Made by a program: the position numbers and the translations under genes. A stretch of DNA of 32,000 nt, taken from assembly GCF_000299365.1 (NCBI RefSeq), contig NC_018655.1:1140001-1172000 (forward strand), in the 5' to 3' direction. Of this stretch, positions 10,282-18,970 are shown piece by piece. Origin of the DNA: Candidatus Nitrosopumilus koreensis AR1 (lineage in GTDB: Archaea > Thermoproteota > Nitrososphaeria > Nitrososphaerales > Nitrosopumilaceae). Every line of letters begins with the position of its first letter. Positions within the stretch are counted from its first letter, which is position 1. The notes beneath the pieces were generated by a model. It was not told the origin of the DNA, made no database searches, and saw only the letters and a program-made list of their open reading frames with translations.

Positions 10282-10743
10282 CTAATTATATGGACTGTAA
10301 TTTGTAAAAATCTTTGCCACAGAATGAAAGTAAATGTCTTTTATGTCATCCTCAGTAGATACTGCAAGTAAATTAACAATATCTGAGGCAGTTATGATTC
10401 CGACTACAACATCATTATCAATTACAGGCAGTTTTCTGATTCCTCTTTCATGCATTAAATCAGCAGCAGATCTTATGGATTCATCTGAACTTACTGAAAA
10501 CATTGGAGAAGACATTATTTGTTTTACAGGAGTTGTGATAGGGTAAGCATGGGCAACTATTTTAGCTGAAAAATCTCTATCAGTGACAATTCCTACAGGG
10601 GTGTTATTTTCCATAACAATAATTGCGCCAACCTTTGCATCTTCCATCATTTTTGCAGCTTCATTTACATTCATAGATGAATCTACAGATATGACAGATT
10701 TTGTCATGACATCTGCAATAGTCATTGTTTTTCCACCAGACAT
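10282..10743 (-). CDS. CBS domain pair protein
   Basis: 153 aa with two CBS repeats (VMTKSVISV...GAIIVMENNTPVGIVTDRD and IMSSPMFSV...IRKLPVIDNDVVVGIITASD). Confidence 0.85.
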   Translation of the reverse strand: MSGGKTMTIADVMTKSVISVDSSMNVNEAAKMMEDAKVGAIIVMENNTPVGIVTDRDFSAKIVAHAYPITTPVKQIMSSPMFSVSSDESIRSAADLMHERGIRKLPVIDNDVVVGIITASDIVNLLAVSTEDDIKDIYFHSVAKIFTNYSPYN

Positions 10744-10857
10744 TTTACAATTTTATTACAATAATTCGTTATTTTAGACTCTTCTAGAATATCATGAGTG
10801 AAAATCATAAAAGATAATCACAAATTCTTTTAAATTAAAAATTATCTATAGTGCATC

Positions 10858-11283
10858 ATGGTAAGAAAAATTTCAAGCATACTTGTTCCATTAGATGGAT
10901 CTTCAAATTCTTTCAGAGGACTAGATATGGCAATTCACATGGCAAGAGAAAATCATGCTACAATTACAGGTCTATACGTGCTTGGAATTACAAAACCTAG
11001 AACTAATGATCCAATAACACCCGTAGAAAAAATTCTGTTAAAGCATGCACAAAAAATTATGAAAAAAGCAAAGACAACTGCAGCAAAGAAAGGAATATTG
11101 TTTTTTGAAAGAGTCTCATACGGAGACGAGAAAAAAAGAATTGTTGAGATTGCTGAAAAGAAAAACTTTGATCTTATCGTTATCGGTTCAAGAGGCATGG
11201 GAGCTGCAAAAGAAATATTCCTAGGAAGTACGTCAAATTATGTACTGCATAAATCAAAGAAACCAGTATTAATTGCAAAATGA
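10858..11283 (+). CDS. Universal stress protein (UspA family)
   Basis: 141 aa. ILVPLDGSSNS...DLIVIGSRGMGAAKEIFLGSTSNYVLHKSKKPVLI is a classic USP pattern. Confidence 0.85.
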   Translation: MVRKISSILVPLDGSSNSFRGLDMAIHMARENHATITGLYVLGITKPRTNDPITPVEKILLKHAQKIMKKAKTTAAKKGILFFERVSYGDEKKRIVEIAEKKNFDLIVIGSRGMGAAKEIFLGSTSNYVLHKSKKPVLIAK

Positions 11284-11305
11284 TTGAATTTTTGAAGGGC
11301 AATAT

Positions 11306-12025
11306 TTGAAAATGATAAAACCAAACACTCAAGAAAATACATTGCTTGTGGGATTTCCAAGTAACGGGCTTGTAGGAACATTTGCAATTTCATATCTAAT
11401 TCATTCCCTAAAGATGAGACAAATTGGAGAGATAGAAGTGCCGGACTTGCCATCAACACTGTTTGTAGAAAACGGAGAAATTCTGGCTCCAATTAGAGTA
11501 TACAATAAAAGAAATATTTTTGTAATAATTTCAGATGTTCCATTTAATCAGTACTTGGCAGAAGGTTTTGCACATGCAATACATGAATTTTGTAGGAAAA
11601 ACACCATAAAGAAAATAATTATTGTTAGCGGCATGGAAACAGCAAACAAAGAAAAAAATGCACCAAAAATTTTTGGCCTAGTCACCCATTCGATACTAGA
11701 AAATACATTATACAAAAATCAAATTCCAAAATTCTTAGATGGTTCGATTTTTGGAACAGACGCTTCAATAATTTCAGTTTTTAGGAAAACCAAGATTCCA
11801 GTACTTGTACTATATGCTGAATGTCATCCATTTTTTCCAGATCCTGAAGCTTCAATTGTTGCAATTGAGACACTTGCAAAGATTTTAGATGTCAAAGTGG
11901 ATATTCAAGATATTAAAAATAAGATAGACAAATTACGAATTCAACATAGGAATCTCATGGAAGAAACAATTCGCACATTACAACAACAAGAGAAACAAGG
12001 GAGTACTCCCCAGATATACAGGTGA
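11306..12025 (+). CDS. PAC2-family (proteasome assembly chaperone-like) protein
   Basis: 239-aa ORF; the probable start is ATG 11312. The N-terminus LLVGFPSNGLVGTFAISYLI resembles archaeal PAC2/PbaA-B proteins. This is family recall, not a search. Confidence 0.6.
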   Translation: MKMIKPNTQENTLLVGFPSNGLVGTFAISYLIHSLKMRQIGEIEVPDLPSTLFVENGEILAPIRVYNKRNIFVIISDVPFNQYLAEGFAHAIHEFCRKNTIKKIIIVSGMETANKEKNAPKIFGLVTHSILENTLYKNQIPKFLDGSIFGTDASIISVFRKTKIPVLVLYAECHPFFPDPEASIVAIETLAKILDVKVDIQDIKNKIDKLRIQHRNLMEETIRTLQQQEKQGSTPQIYR

Positions 12026-12029
12026 TAAA

Positions 12030-12410
12030 ATGAAAGAAAGTTTTGAGATAAGAACAGTATTCCCATCTATTAGTTCATTAATTGACGATATTGAGCATAG
12101 AATTCTATCTCCATTATCATATCTAAAAGAATTTGATAATCATTGGATATTGGAATTAGATCTACCAATGGTAAACAAGAAAGATATCAAGATTACTTTT
12201 GATGGAAATGCGATTAATGTGGAGGCAAAACTCAAAGAAGAATACTCGGAAGAAAAACTAGGAAAAATTTCAAAATTTGAATATTTTAAAAAATCAATAT
12301 CACTTTCAGGTAAAATTGAGATAAAAAAGACAACTGCAAAATTTCAGAAAGGCAGGTTAGTAATTAAAATTCCAAAAAAAACATCAGGTCATTCCATAAA
12401 GATCAACTAA
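12030..12410 (+). CDS. Small heat-shock protein (Hsp20/alpha-crystallin domain)
   Basis: 126 aa. WILELDLPMVNKKDIKITFDGNAINVEAK...F.KSISL......K..AKFQKGRLVIKIPKK matches the ACD pattern. Confidence 0.78.
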   Translation: MKESFEIRTVFPSISSLIDDIEHRILSPLSYLKEFDNHWILELDLPMVNKKDIKITFDGNAINVEAKLKEEYSEEKLGKISKFEYFKKSISLSGKIEIKKTTAKFQKGRLVIKIPKKTSGHSIKIN

Positions 12411-12460
12411 CGATTGAGACATTCATTTTGAATTAAATATGCCTTTTTTTAATTAAATTT

Positions 12461-12718
12461 ATGGAAATTCACGTATACGACACTTATGTCAAAGCAGCAG
12501 ATGGTCATACCATGCACTTTGATGTAATCACGGGTGAAAAAGATCACGATAAAGCCATTACATATGGTAAAGAGTGGTTAAAATCAATTGGAGAGGAAAA
12601 TGCAGTAATGACTCAAAATGAATGTCAGTTCTGCCACTCCCAAGGTGCACCAGAGCCTGTTGAACAGGCAATTAAGGAAAACGGCTACTTTATCCAAAAA
12701 ATGGAAGGCTGTCCTTAA
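12461..12718 (+). CDS. DUF2024-like small protein
   Basis: 85 aa. HVYDTYVKAADGHTMHFDVI...CQFCHSQ...GYFIQKMEGC resembles DUF2024 from memory. Confidence 0.55.
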   Translation: MEIHVYDTYVKAADGHTMHFDVITGEKDHDKAITYGKEWLKSIGEENAVMTQNECQFCHSQGAPEPVEQAIKENGYFIQKMEGCP

Positions 12719-12766
12719 ACACTTTTTCCTTTTTCTATAAGACACATTTTTTAGATTAACAGATAT

Positions 12767-12970
12767 TTGTCACATATGGATGAACAAAAATATTCAAAGT
12801 GGACAGTAGAAGGAGACAAAAAAACAAGATGGATTTGTGGTTGCTTTCAGACAGCAGATGATTACTTCAAATTCTGTGATGCACATAATGAAACTTTGAA
12901 AAAAGCAATTCAAGCTCAGGTTGACGAATTAGATATGACCTTGATTATTGAAGAAACTAAAGTGCAATGA
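12767..12970 (+). CDS. Hypothetical small protein
   Basis: 67-aa ORF; the likely start is ATG 12776. Its 3' end overlaps the convergent hppA 3' end by 14 nt. No family recognised. Confidence 0.35.
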   Translation: MSHMDEQKYSKWTVEGDKKTRWICGCFQTADDYFKFCDAHNETLKKAIQAQVDELDMTLIIEETKVQ

Positions 12971-15035
12971 TTGCAACAAATGCAGATACAAACACGATTG
13001 CAATTGTATTTAGCAATTTGATTACAGTGTTAAGTGCAGGACCTGCAGTGTCTTTGTAAGGATCACCTATAATATCACCAACAACTGCCACCTTGTGAAC
13101 TTCAGAACCTTTTTCGCCTTTCATCTCAACTAGTTTCTTTGCATTATCCCATGCGCCACCAGTATTTGCCAAGTGATATGCAAGGAGTATTCCAGTAACC
13201 ACAGCACCCATTAACAATCCAGCTACTGCAGTTGGACCTAACAAAACACCTAGAATAATTGGAGCAAGGATTGCAACTAATGCAGGTTTGTAAAGTTCTC
13301 TAATAGAAGCAACAGTTGCAATATCTACACATTTAGCATAATCTGGTTTTGATTTACCAGTAAGAATTCCTGGATCTGACTTGAATTGTCTTCTTACCTC
13401 ATCTACCATCTTTCCGGCAGCACGAGATACACCATTGATTAGTTGGCCTGTGATGATAAATGGAATCAGTCCACCAATCAAAAGACCTACAATAATTGCA
13501 GGGTTCGTTAAACTATAATCTAAATCTAAAACTCCTTCAAAGATATGAGCTGCCTCAAATTGGAATGCCTGAATCATGGCCAATGCAGCTAGTGCAGCAC
13601 TTGCAATAGCAAATCCCTTCGTAACTGCCTTGGTAGTATTTCCAACTGCATCAATTTCATCTGTGACTTTACGGTTTTCTTCACCCATGCCAGTCATCTC
13701 AACAATACCTCCTGCATTATCTGCAATTGGGCCAAATGCATCAATACTTAGAACAATTCCTGCAAGACTCAACATTGCCATTGCAGTTAGAGCAGTTCCA
13801 AAGATTCCATACAATACAGGATCTGCGCCTTCAGGAGCTGCTGCAGATGCAATACTGTAAGAGATAATGATTGCAACAACTAGTGCAATCATGAAAGGGC
13901 CTGTTGATTGCATACCTTTGATAATGCCCATTAATGTTAATGATGCATATCCCCACTTTGCAGAATCTGCAATTTCATTTACAGGACCATGCTTGTAACT
14001 AGTATAGTTATCAGTAATTTTTTGAATCACAGGTACTAGAATAACACCAATTACGGTTGTCCCAAACAATGCAATTCCTGCAGCGGATTGTTCAATGAAT
14101 TGTGTGATGAATACATAGTTTAATGCAATTGCAATCCCAGCTGAAACATAGAATGAACGATTAAGCGGTTTCATTACATCAGTTACTCCTTTAGAGCCAA
14201 CAATGACAACACCAATAATTGATGCAATCATTCCAGATGAGCCGATTAGAATTGGGTAAAGGAAATAGTTTGGAGCACCAATTAGTGCCGCAATTAGTAA
14301 TGCTGCTAAAATTGTAACAATATAAGACTCATAAACATCAGAACCCATTCCTGCTGCATCTCCAACATTATCTCCTACGTTATCTGCGATAGTTGCAGGG
14401 TTTCTAGGATCATCCTCAGGAATATTTGCTTCAACCTTTCCTACCAAGTCTGCACCCATATCTGCAGCCTTTGTGAAAATACCACCACCAATTCTAATGA
14501 ATAATGCAATTAAACTTGCGCCAATTCCCACACCAGCAATTGTGATGGGGTCAGGGAAAATGACATACAATCCTGCAATTGCCATTAATGCCATTGCAGG
14601 TACTGCAAGACCGACAGTTGCACCACCTCTAAAGGCCATAGCAAAAGTCTTTCCAAGACCATCATTGCTAAGATGAGCAGCTCTTACTGCTGCTTTTACT
14701 GTAATTTTTAATGAGATAATTCCTGCAACTGCAGACAATGCTGCGCCAACTGCAAACGCAAGACCGTTTGAGGGAGTAAGAAATGCGCCAATAATCACTG
14801 TTAATGCAATTGCAACAGGAATGATAATTTTCATCTCTCTTTTTAGAAATGCTGCAGCGCCAACTTTGACAGCATTTGAGATATCCATCATCTCTTTTGT
14901 TCCAGAAGGCTGCTTTGAAATCCAAGCAACCAATCCGCCAGCGACTAAAAATGATGCAATTCCTGCGATAAATGGCAGAATCTCAGCGATTTCCATGTTA
15001 TACTCGCTTGCCCTAGTCTGGGAAATATAAATCAA
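12957..15035 (-). CDS. hppA: Membrane-bound H+-translocating pyrophosphatase, K+-independent type
   Basis: 692-aa polytopic ORF with GGG.FTKAADMGADLVGKVE, DNVGDNVGD and GNTTKAVTKGFAI. Lys in GNTTKA is the published K+-independence signature. The probable start is ATG 14996 (MEIAEILPF). Confidence 0.95.
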   Translation of the reverse strand: MIYISQTRASEYNMEIAEILPFIAGIASFLVAGGLVAWISKQPSGTKEMMDISNAVKVGAAAFLKREMKIIIPVAIALTVIIGAFLTPSNGLAFAVGAALSAVAGIISLKITVKAAVRAAHLSNDGLGKTFAMAFRGGATVGLAVPAMALMAIAGLYVIFPDPITIAGVGIGASLIALFIRIGGGIFTKAADMGADLVGKVEANIPEDDPRNPATIADNVGDNVGDAAGMGSDVYESYIVTILAALLIAALIGAPNYFLYPILIGSSGMIASIIGVVIVGSKGVTDVMKPLNRSFYVSAGIAIALNYVFITQFIEQSAAGIALFGTTVIGVILVPVIQKITDNYTSYKHGPVNEIADSAKWGYASLTLMGIIKGMQSTGPFMIALVVAIIISYSIASAAAPEGADPVLYGIFGTALTAMAMLSLAGIVLSIDAFGPIADNAGGIVEMTGMGEENRKVTDEIDAVGNTTKAVTKGFAIASAALAALAMIQAFQFEAAHIFEGVLDLDYSLTNPAIIVGLLIGGLIPFIITGQLINGVSRAAGKMVDEVRRQFKSDPGILTGKSKPDYAKCVDIATVASIRELYKPALVAILAPIILGVLLGPTAVAGLLMGAVVTGILLAYHLANTGGAWDNAKKLVEMKGEKGSEVHKVAVVGDIIGDPYKDTAGPALNTVIKLLNTIAIVFVSAFVAIIAL

Positions 15036-15418
15036 ATAGCGGAGACTCTGATTCTTTTTCTGTATGGCAGAAATGATTTGCCACGCAAACCCTGCCTTAC
15101 GAGTTTGTTGAATCTCTTTCCATGTGCAAGATATGGGAATCGCATATGGATCAATTCATGAACAATTGTGTTTTCAAGAGTTTTCTCATCAGGAATTTTT
15201 CTCACATTAATGAAAACTAAATTGTGTTGAAGATAAGATACTCCATAGTACTTGTAAGCAGATGTACGTCTTCCTTCAGTCATCTCCTTTGGCGCATCTA
15301 GAACTTCTTTTGTAGTTAGTAAGATTGTAGGTTCAGGAATAGAGAATCGATTAGCATAGATCCCAACTTTTTCTAAAATTTGCAATTTCAATTCAGGATC
15401 AAGCTTCACATAATCCAA
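15032..15418 (-). CDS. Small HExxH zinc-metallopeptidase-like protein (SprT/DUF45-like)
   Basis: 128-aa ORF with a TTG start. Contains the motif IVHELIHMRFPYLAHGKRF. An in-frame TGA lies directly upstream of the TTG. Confidence 0.55.
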   Translation of the reverse strand: MDYVKLDPELKLQILEKVGIYANRFSIPEPTILLTTKEVLDAPKEMTEGRRTSAYKYYGVSYLQHNLVFINVRKIPDEKTLENTIVHELIHMRFPYLAHGKRFNKLVRQGLRGKSFLPYRKRIRVSAI

Positions 15419-15431
15419 TCATACAATCTAT

Positions 15432-15449
15432 GTTTATCTTGGAATGTCA
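15432..15449 (+). repeat. Left copy of the 18-bp direct repeat (candidate attL or target duplication)
   Basis: Identical to 21239-21256. Confidence 0.85.
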
Positions 15450-15456
15450 GTATTTT

Positions 15457-15476
15457 GTATCGGTAAAATAAAACGC
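15457..15476 (+). repeat. Left subterminal inverted repeat (20 nt)
   Basis: Its reverse complement matches 21208-21227 at 19/20. It contains a TATA-like TTTTATTTTA. Confidence 0.75.
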
Positions 15477-15542
15477 ATTTGACAGATTTTGTGACTAAAA
15501 TAAGAGCTTTGAAAGTACGAAATATGTCTAAAATAAGGTCAA

Positions 15543-16754
15543 TTATCCATAAAGAATTGCCATATGGACTGGACCGCCATATTTCATTCCCTTACTCCCC
15601 ACCATATTTCCAGCAGAAACAAAAATTTCAGCTGTGAATTTAGTAGAAAAATGTTCAATTCCAAACAGAGTCTTTAGTATTTTTAACAAATATCCTCTTG
15701 CAACTCTTTCAGCATCCCATAATCGATTTTTAATTTTCTCTCTTTCGGATTCGGTAATGGTGTAACTATTACCATGAGCAATCTTATGCCTAAGATTATA
15801 GAGGGACATATCTTCAGATTGTTTTTCAAACAATAGTTTGTAAGTTTCAGAATCTTTACCATGTAATTTTTCGATATGAGATTTTAGTGTTTGAGTAGAG
15901 CCAGTTTCTATACAATTCAGATATGCATTTTTTATGGATTCTATTGGATTCTTTCCAAGTTCACTTAAAGATTGTTCAATGCAATTTTTCATATTTTCTT
16001 TACGTTCACTCTTGGTCCTATTGTCTGCTCTAAATTGAATTAATGAAGAATTTTCTTTTGCCTCTTTTTCTATATAATATGCAAGAGATTCAATAGTTAA
16101 AATAAAAAATAAAAATTTCGCAGAGGGATCATTCAATCTAAATGATTGAGATAACCAACCAATACTACGATATATAGCATAATGATCTTCTTGTGGAATA
16201 TTTTCTAATTTTGATGTGATATTTTCTAATTCTTGTAAATGTTCTTCAGTAAATTGATAGGATGAACCATGATCATGAGATTCGTATTTTGGCAACCATT
16301 CAAAATAAGTTCCAGTTTTTAAAGAAAATGAAGAAAGGGCCTTGTCTATTTCTTTTAATGATTTTCGAACATTGTCTTCAGACCAATCAGATATTGGCAA
16401 CCATCCATCATACACAAATCTAGAACGCCTATCCATATCCATAGTTTTTAATCCAATTGGATCATCTTTACTAATTCTATTTCCTAGTGTAAAACATGGA
16501 ACAAGAGTGATGTTCCCATTAAGAGTTATAGGATTTGTTAATTTTGAGCTTGAAAAAGCAACAAACTCAAACCCATCACAATTTGTTAATTCATGTAAGA
16601 AGAACGCTGAACCTTCAGCAGTAGTGAGATCTTTTCTGGCAGCGTATCGAAATGCTTTTTGTGTCTTTAAATCGCTTTCAGAAATTACTATTTTCCGTTC
16701 ACACCAATTATTGAATTTATTACCTTCAATTTGAGGAAAAATCGAATCAGACAT
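15543..16754 (-). CDS. Uncharacterised 403-aa protein with a C-terminal HEPN-like domain (Rx4H: LRHKIAHG)
   Basis: Long ORF. R322-H-K-I-A-H327-G is encoded at 15774-15791, which I checked against the nucleotides. The motif sits about 75 aa from the C-terminus, after a helical segment with a conserved-looking Glu (FILTIESLAYYIEKE). I do not recognise the N-terminal ~200 aa. Confidence 0.6.
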   Translation of the reverse strand: MSDSIFPQIEGNKFNNWCERKIVISESDLKTQKAFRYAARKDLTTAEGSAFFLHELTNCDGFEFVAFSSSKLTNPITLNGNITLVPCFTLGNRISKDDPIGLKTMDMDRRSRFVYDGWLPISDWSEDNVRKSLKEIDKALSSFSLKTGTYFEWLPKYESHDHGSSYQFTEEHLQELENITSKLENIPQEDHYAIYRSIGWLSQSFRLNDPSAKFLFFILTIESLAYYIEKEAKENSSLIQFRADNRTKSERKENMKNCIEQSLSELGKNPIESIKNAYLNCIETGSTQTLKSHIEKLHGKDSETYKLLFEKQSEDMSLYNLRHKIAHGNSYTITESEREKIKNRLWDAERVARGYLLKILKTLFGIEHFSTKFTAEIFVSAGNMVGSKGMKYGGPVHMAILYG

Positions 16755-16906
16755 AAAACAAAGTGCTAGTAAGAGTGTAAAAAATGATCAGAGGTATTTG
16801 TATTTAAAACTCCTATTTGGGATATTCTAAATTATTTAATACGTAAAATCAGTACAGGATCCTATTTTTCCAAACTTATTTTATAGAAATATTCTGCAAT
16901 AAAATA
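16755..16906. promoter_or_regulatory. Divergent promoter region between the two HEPN-like genes
   Basis: TATA-like TTATTTTATAGA at 16876-16887 lies 20 nt before ATG 16907. A T-rich CATTTTTTACA on the minus strand (16776-16786) lies 22 nt before ATG 16754. This geometry fits leaderless archaeal mRNAs. Confidence 0.35.
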
Positions 16907-18010
16907 ATGGCTTCAATAATACTATCTTTTCAAGTAATAATAGAAGATTATGAAACAAAATTTAGACTTCATGGACCATTATTTCATAGATGGATTCCAG
17001 ATGGTGAGAAAGATGCGCTAATTTTGGATACACGATTTCCACATACGATGCTGAAAATATGGTTTGAAAGAAGAGGATATGTAGAAAGAGGAATGATTGA
17101 ATTTGATTCTAAACGTAAAGAGGTGGATGAATCAATTATGGAAAAACAAGGAGTATTAGAAGGAGGCAGATTATTTGGCTCATTACAGATAGATGAAGTT
17201 ACAAAAGAGCAATTTGACGCTCTAAAACAGAATAAAATTGGAGATGAACACTATAAAGAACTAGGAACAAAATTTGCAAAGACAATTTACGAACCAATCT
17301 CTCAGTTCTTAGATCTTCTACGGATAAGATATGGACAGTATTGGGTTAGAGACATAAGAAAATGGGATTCATCAAAGGAATCAATTGGTAATTATTGTGA
17401 ATTATTTTTTGTCAAGTGGTCTGAGGATGAAGGAAAGAGTTGGAATGAGTTTAAACCAGATAATGAACCAAGATCAGCAATAATATATTCATCATCAATA
17501 AAAGAAATGAAATCTTTTTTGAGTAAAGAAGATTGGAGAAATACCCCAGAAATATTAAAAAATTATCATCGTAGTTCAGTGGCAGAAAGAACTCTTGTAC
17601 GAGTACATCAATATTTAGATCAGGGAGATTTTCGTCATGCAATTATTGAGGGAGCAACAGCTGTAGAGCTAGCTACCAGTGAATTTTTTAACATGAAATT
17701 AGATTCAGATTCAAAAATAAAAGATGAACTTAATGGGTTTTGGGGAATTTCAGTATCTGGACAATTAGTAGCAATAGGAACAACATTAGGAATACCTGAA
17801 CAGAAATTACAAGATACAATAGAAGTCATAAAAACAAGACATAAAGTTGTACATGAAGGATTAGATCCAGATGCACAAATTATACAAAAAATTAGAACTT
17901 TACTTGAAACCACATCCATGATTCTAGGAGAACCAAAATTCAGATTTCCATCATCAAATCCAGGGAATATGATACAGGAAAATGAAGATTGGGAAAAAGA
18001 AAATGGATGA
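16907..18010 (+). CDS. Uncharacterised 367-aa protein with a C-terminal HEPN-like domain (Rx4H: TRHKVVHEG)
   Basis: Long ORF. R311-H-K-V-V-H316 is encoded at 17837-17854, verified in the nucleotides. It is preceded by a helix AIIEGATAVELATSEFF and followed by a terminal helix IIQKIRTLLETTSMIL. The N-terminal ~220 aa are unrecognised. Confidence 0.6.
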   Translation: MASIILSFQVIIEDYETKFRLHGPLFHRWIPDGEKDALILDTRFPHTMLKIWFERRGYVERGMIEFDSKRKEVDESIMEKQGVLEGGRLFGSLQIDEVTKEQFDALKQNKIGDEHYKELGTKFAKTIYEPISQFLDLLRIRYGQYWVRDIRKWDSSKESIGNYCELFFVKWSEDEGKSWNEFKPDNEPRSAIIYSSSIKEMKSFLSKEDWRNTPEILKNYHRSSVAERTLVRVHQYLDQGDFRHAIIEGATAVELATSEFFNMKLDSDSKIKDELNGFWGISVSGQLVAIGTTLGIPEQKLQDTIEVIKTRHKVVHEGLDPDAQIIQKIRTLLETTSMILGEPKFRFPSSNPGNMIQENEDWEKENG

Positions 18011-18127
18011 CATATTTATTTTGAAAATTTCATGCCTGAATCCCTGTTTTAGAGATAGGTTCTGAGGCTTTGTATGGTTTAACAAAGATATTTTATTGAT
18101 TTACAAATATCACAAATAAGGAACAAG

Positions 18128-18709
18128 TCATCTAAACAATCCATTGTTTATAATTATCACATGAATTGATCCAAAAATAAATGTCAATGTAGAAAATGTC
18201 ACTAATGTAAATGGGTAATCCTTCCATGATTTAGTAAATACAATGCCATGTTTTGCAAGTTGTATTTTTGCATTATATCCGAAAACAGAGGTTGCAAAAG
18301 GGAGAAAAAAAGTTGAAAGGATAGATACAATAACAGACAAATTGGAAAACCTATCTGAATCAAGAACGATTTCATTGTGTTGTTCAGCAATCAATTCAAA
18401 TAACTCTATCATGAAAAAAATTCCATCAATAAAAAAAGACATACCAATTCCCAGAATTGTAAAACCAATTATTGATGCCTGTTTGCGAGAAATTCGAATA
18501 TTCCAAAATGGACTGAAAAAACGCAACAACGTCAAAATCATCAACATCCAAAAAACTACAAAAGGGATCATGCTTGTCCATAAAAATTCCCGAAAGTCAT
18601 ACATTGTTTGTTCAAAAACAAGTAAACTGGTAATAGAAAGGAAAATACTCCACCATGTGAAAAGATTGTGATAATATTCAGATAGAAGAAAATGTAAGAA
18701 TTGTTTCAT
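18128..18709 (-). CDS. Hypothetical multi-pass membrane protein (about 5 TM helices)
   Basis: 193-aa ORF with hydrophobic segments WWSIFLSITSLLVF, MIPFVVFWMLMILTLL, IIGFTILGIGMSFFIDGIFFMI, LSVIVSILSTFFLPFATSVF and FTLVTFSTLTFIFGSIHVIII. Confidence 0.6.
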   Translation of the reverse strand: MKQFLHFLLSEYYHNLFTWWSIFLSITSLLVFEQTMYDFREFLWTSMIPFVVFWMLMILTLLRFFSPFWNIRISRKQASIIGFTILGIGMSFFIDGIFFMIELFELIAEQHNEIVLDSDRFSNLSVIVSILSTFFLPFATSVFGYNAKIQLAKHGIVFTKSWKDYPFTLVTFSTLTFIFGSIHVIIINNGLFR

Positions 18710-18970
18710 TAGTTAGTCTTAATCTAATTTCTAATTAATTGAAGATATAGATATCTGTGGGATTTACTAGACATCAGTCTTCAAATTCTACTAATCCTTC
18801 AAACATTTTCTCCGGCCGGACTATAGAATCATAGTTTTTACAGTAAATTTCAACAAATTCATCCCGGGAGTTGATATTTGAGTAATGTCTCTTGCAATAA
18901 TTTTTGAAATATGATTTTGTTCAAAAAGGAACGGATTGTATGGTTAAAAATTATTTTTTGGAATTGTTTT

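Noticed and set aside
15419-15449. The idea that the island insertion truncated the 5' end of the HExxH gene (which has a TTG start and no ATG until residue 46)
   Set aside because: An in-frame TGA lies immediately upstream of the TTG. It lies proximal to the left direct-repeat copy, so it would also be present in the reconstructed empty site. The ORF therefore could not have extended further upstream.
15517-15630. 37-aa plus-strand ORF (MSKIRSIIHKELPYGL...) at the island's left end
   Set aside because: Most of it is antisense to the 3' end of the 403-aa HEPN-like gene. There is no supporting signal.
18011-18127. Possible hairpin terminator between the convergent 367-aa and 193-aa genes (gcctga...tctgaggc)
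   Set aside because: The stem is only 4 contiguous base pairs with mismatches. Archaeal termination is more plausibly served by the nearby T-runs, and I cannot support a specific terminator call.
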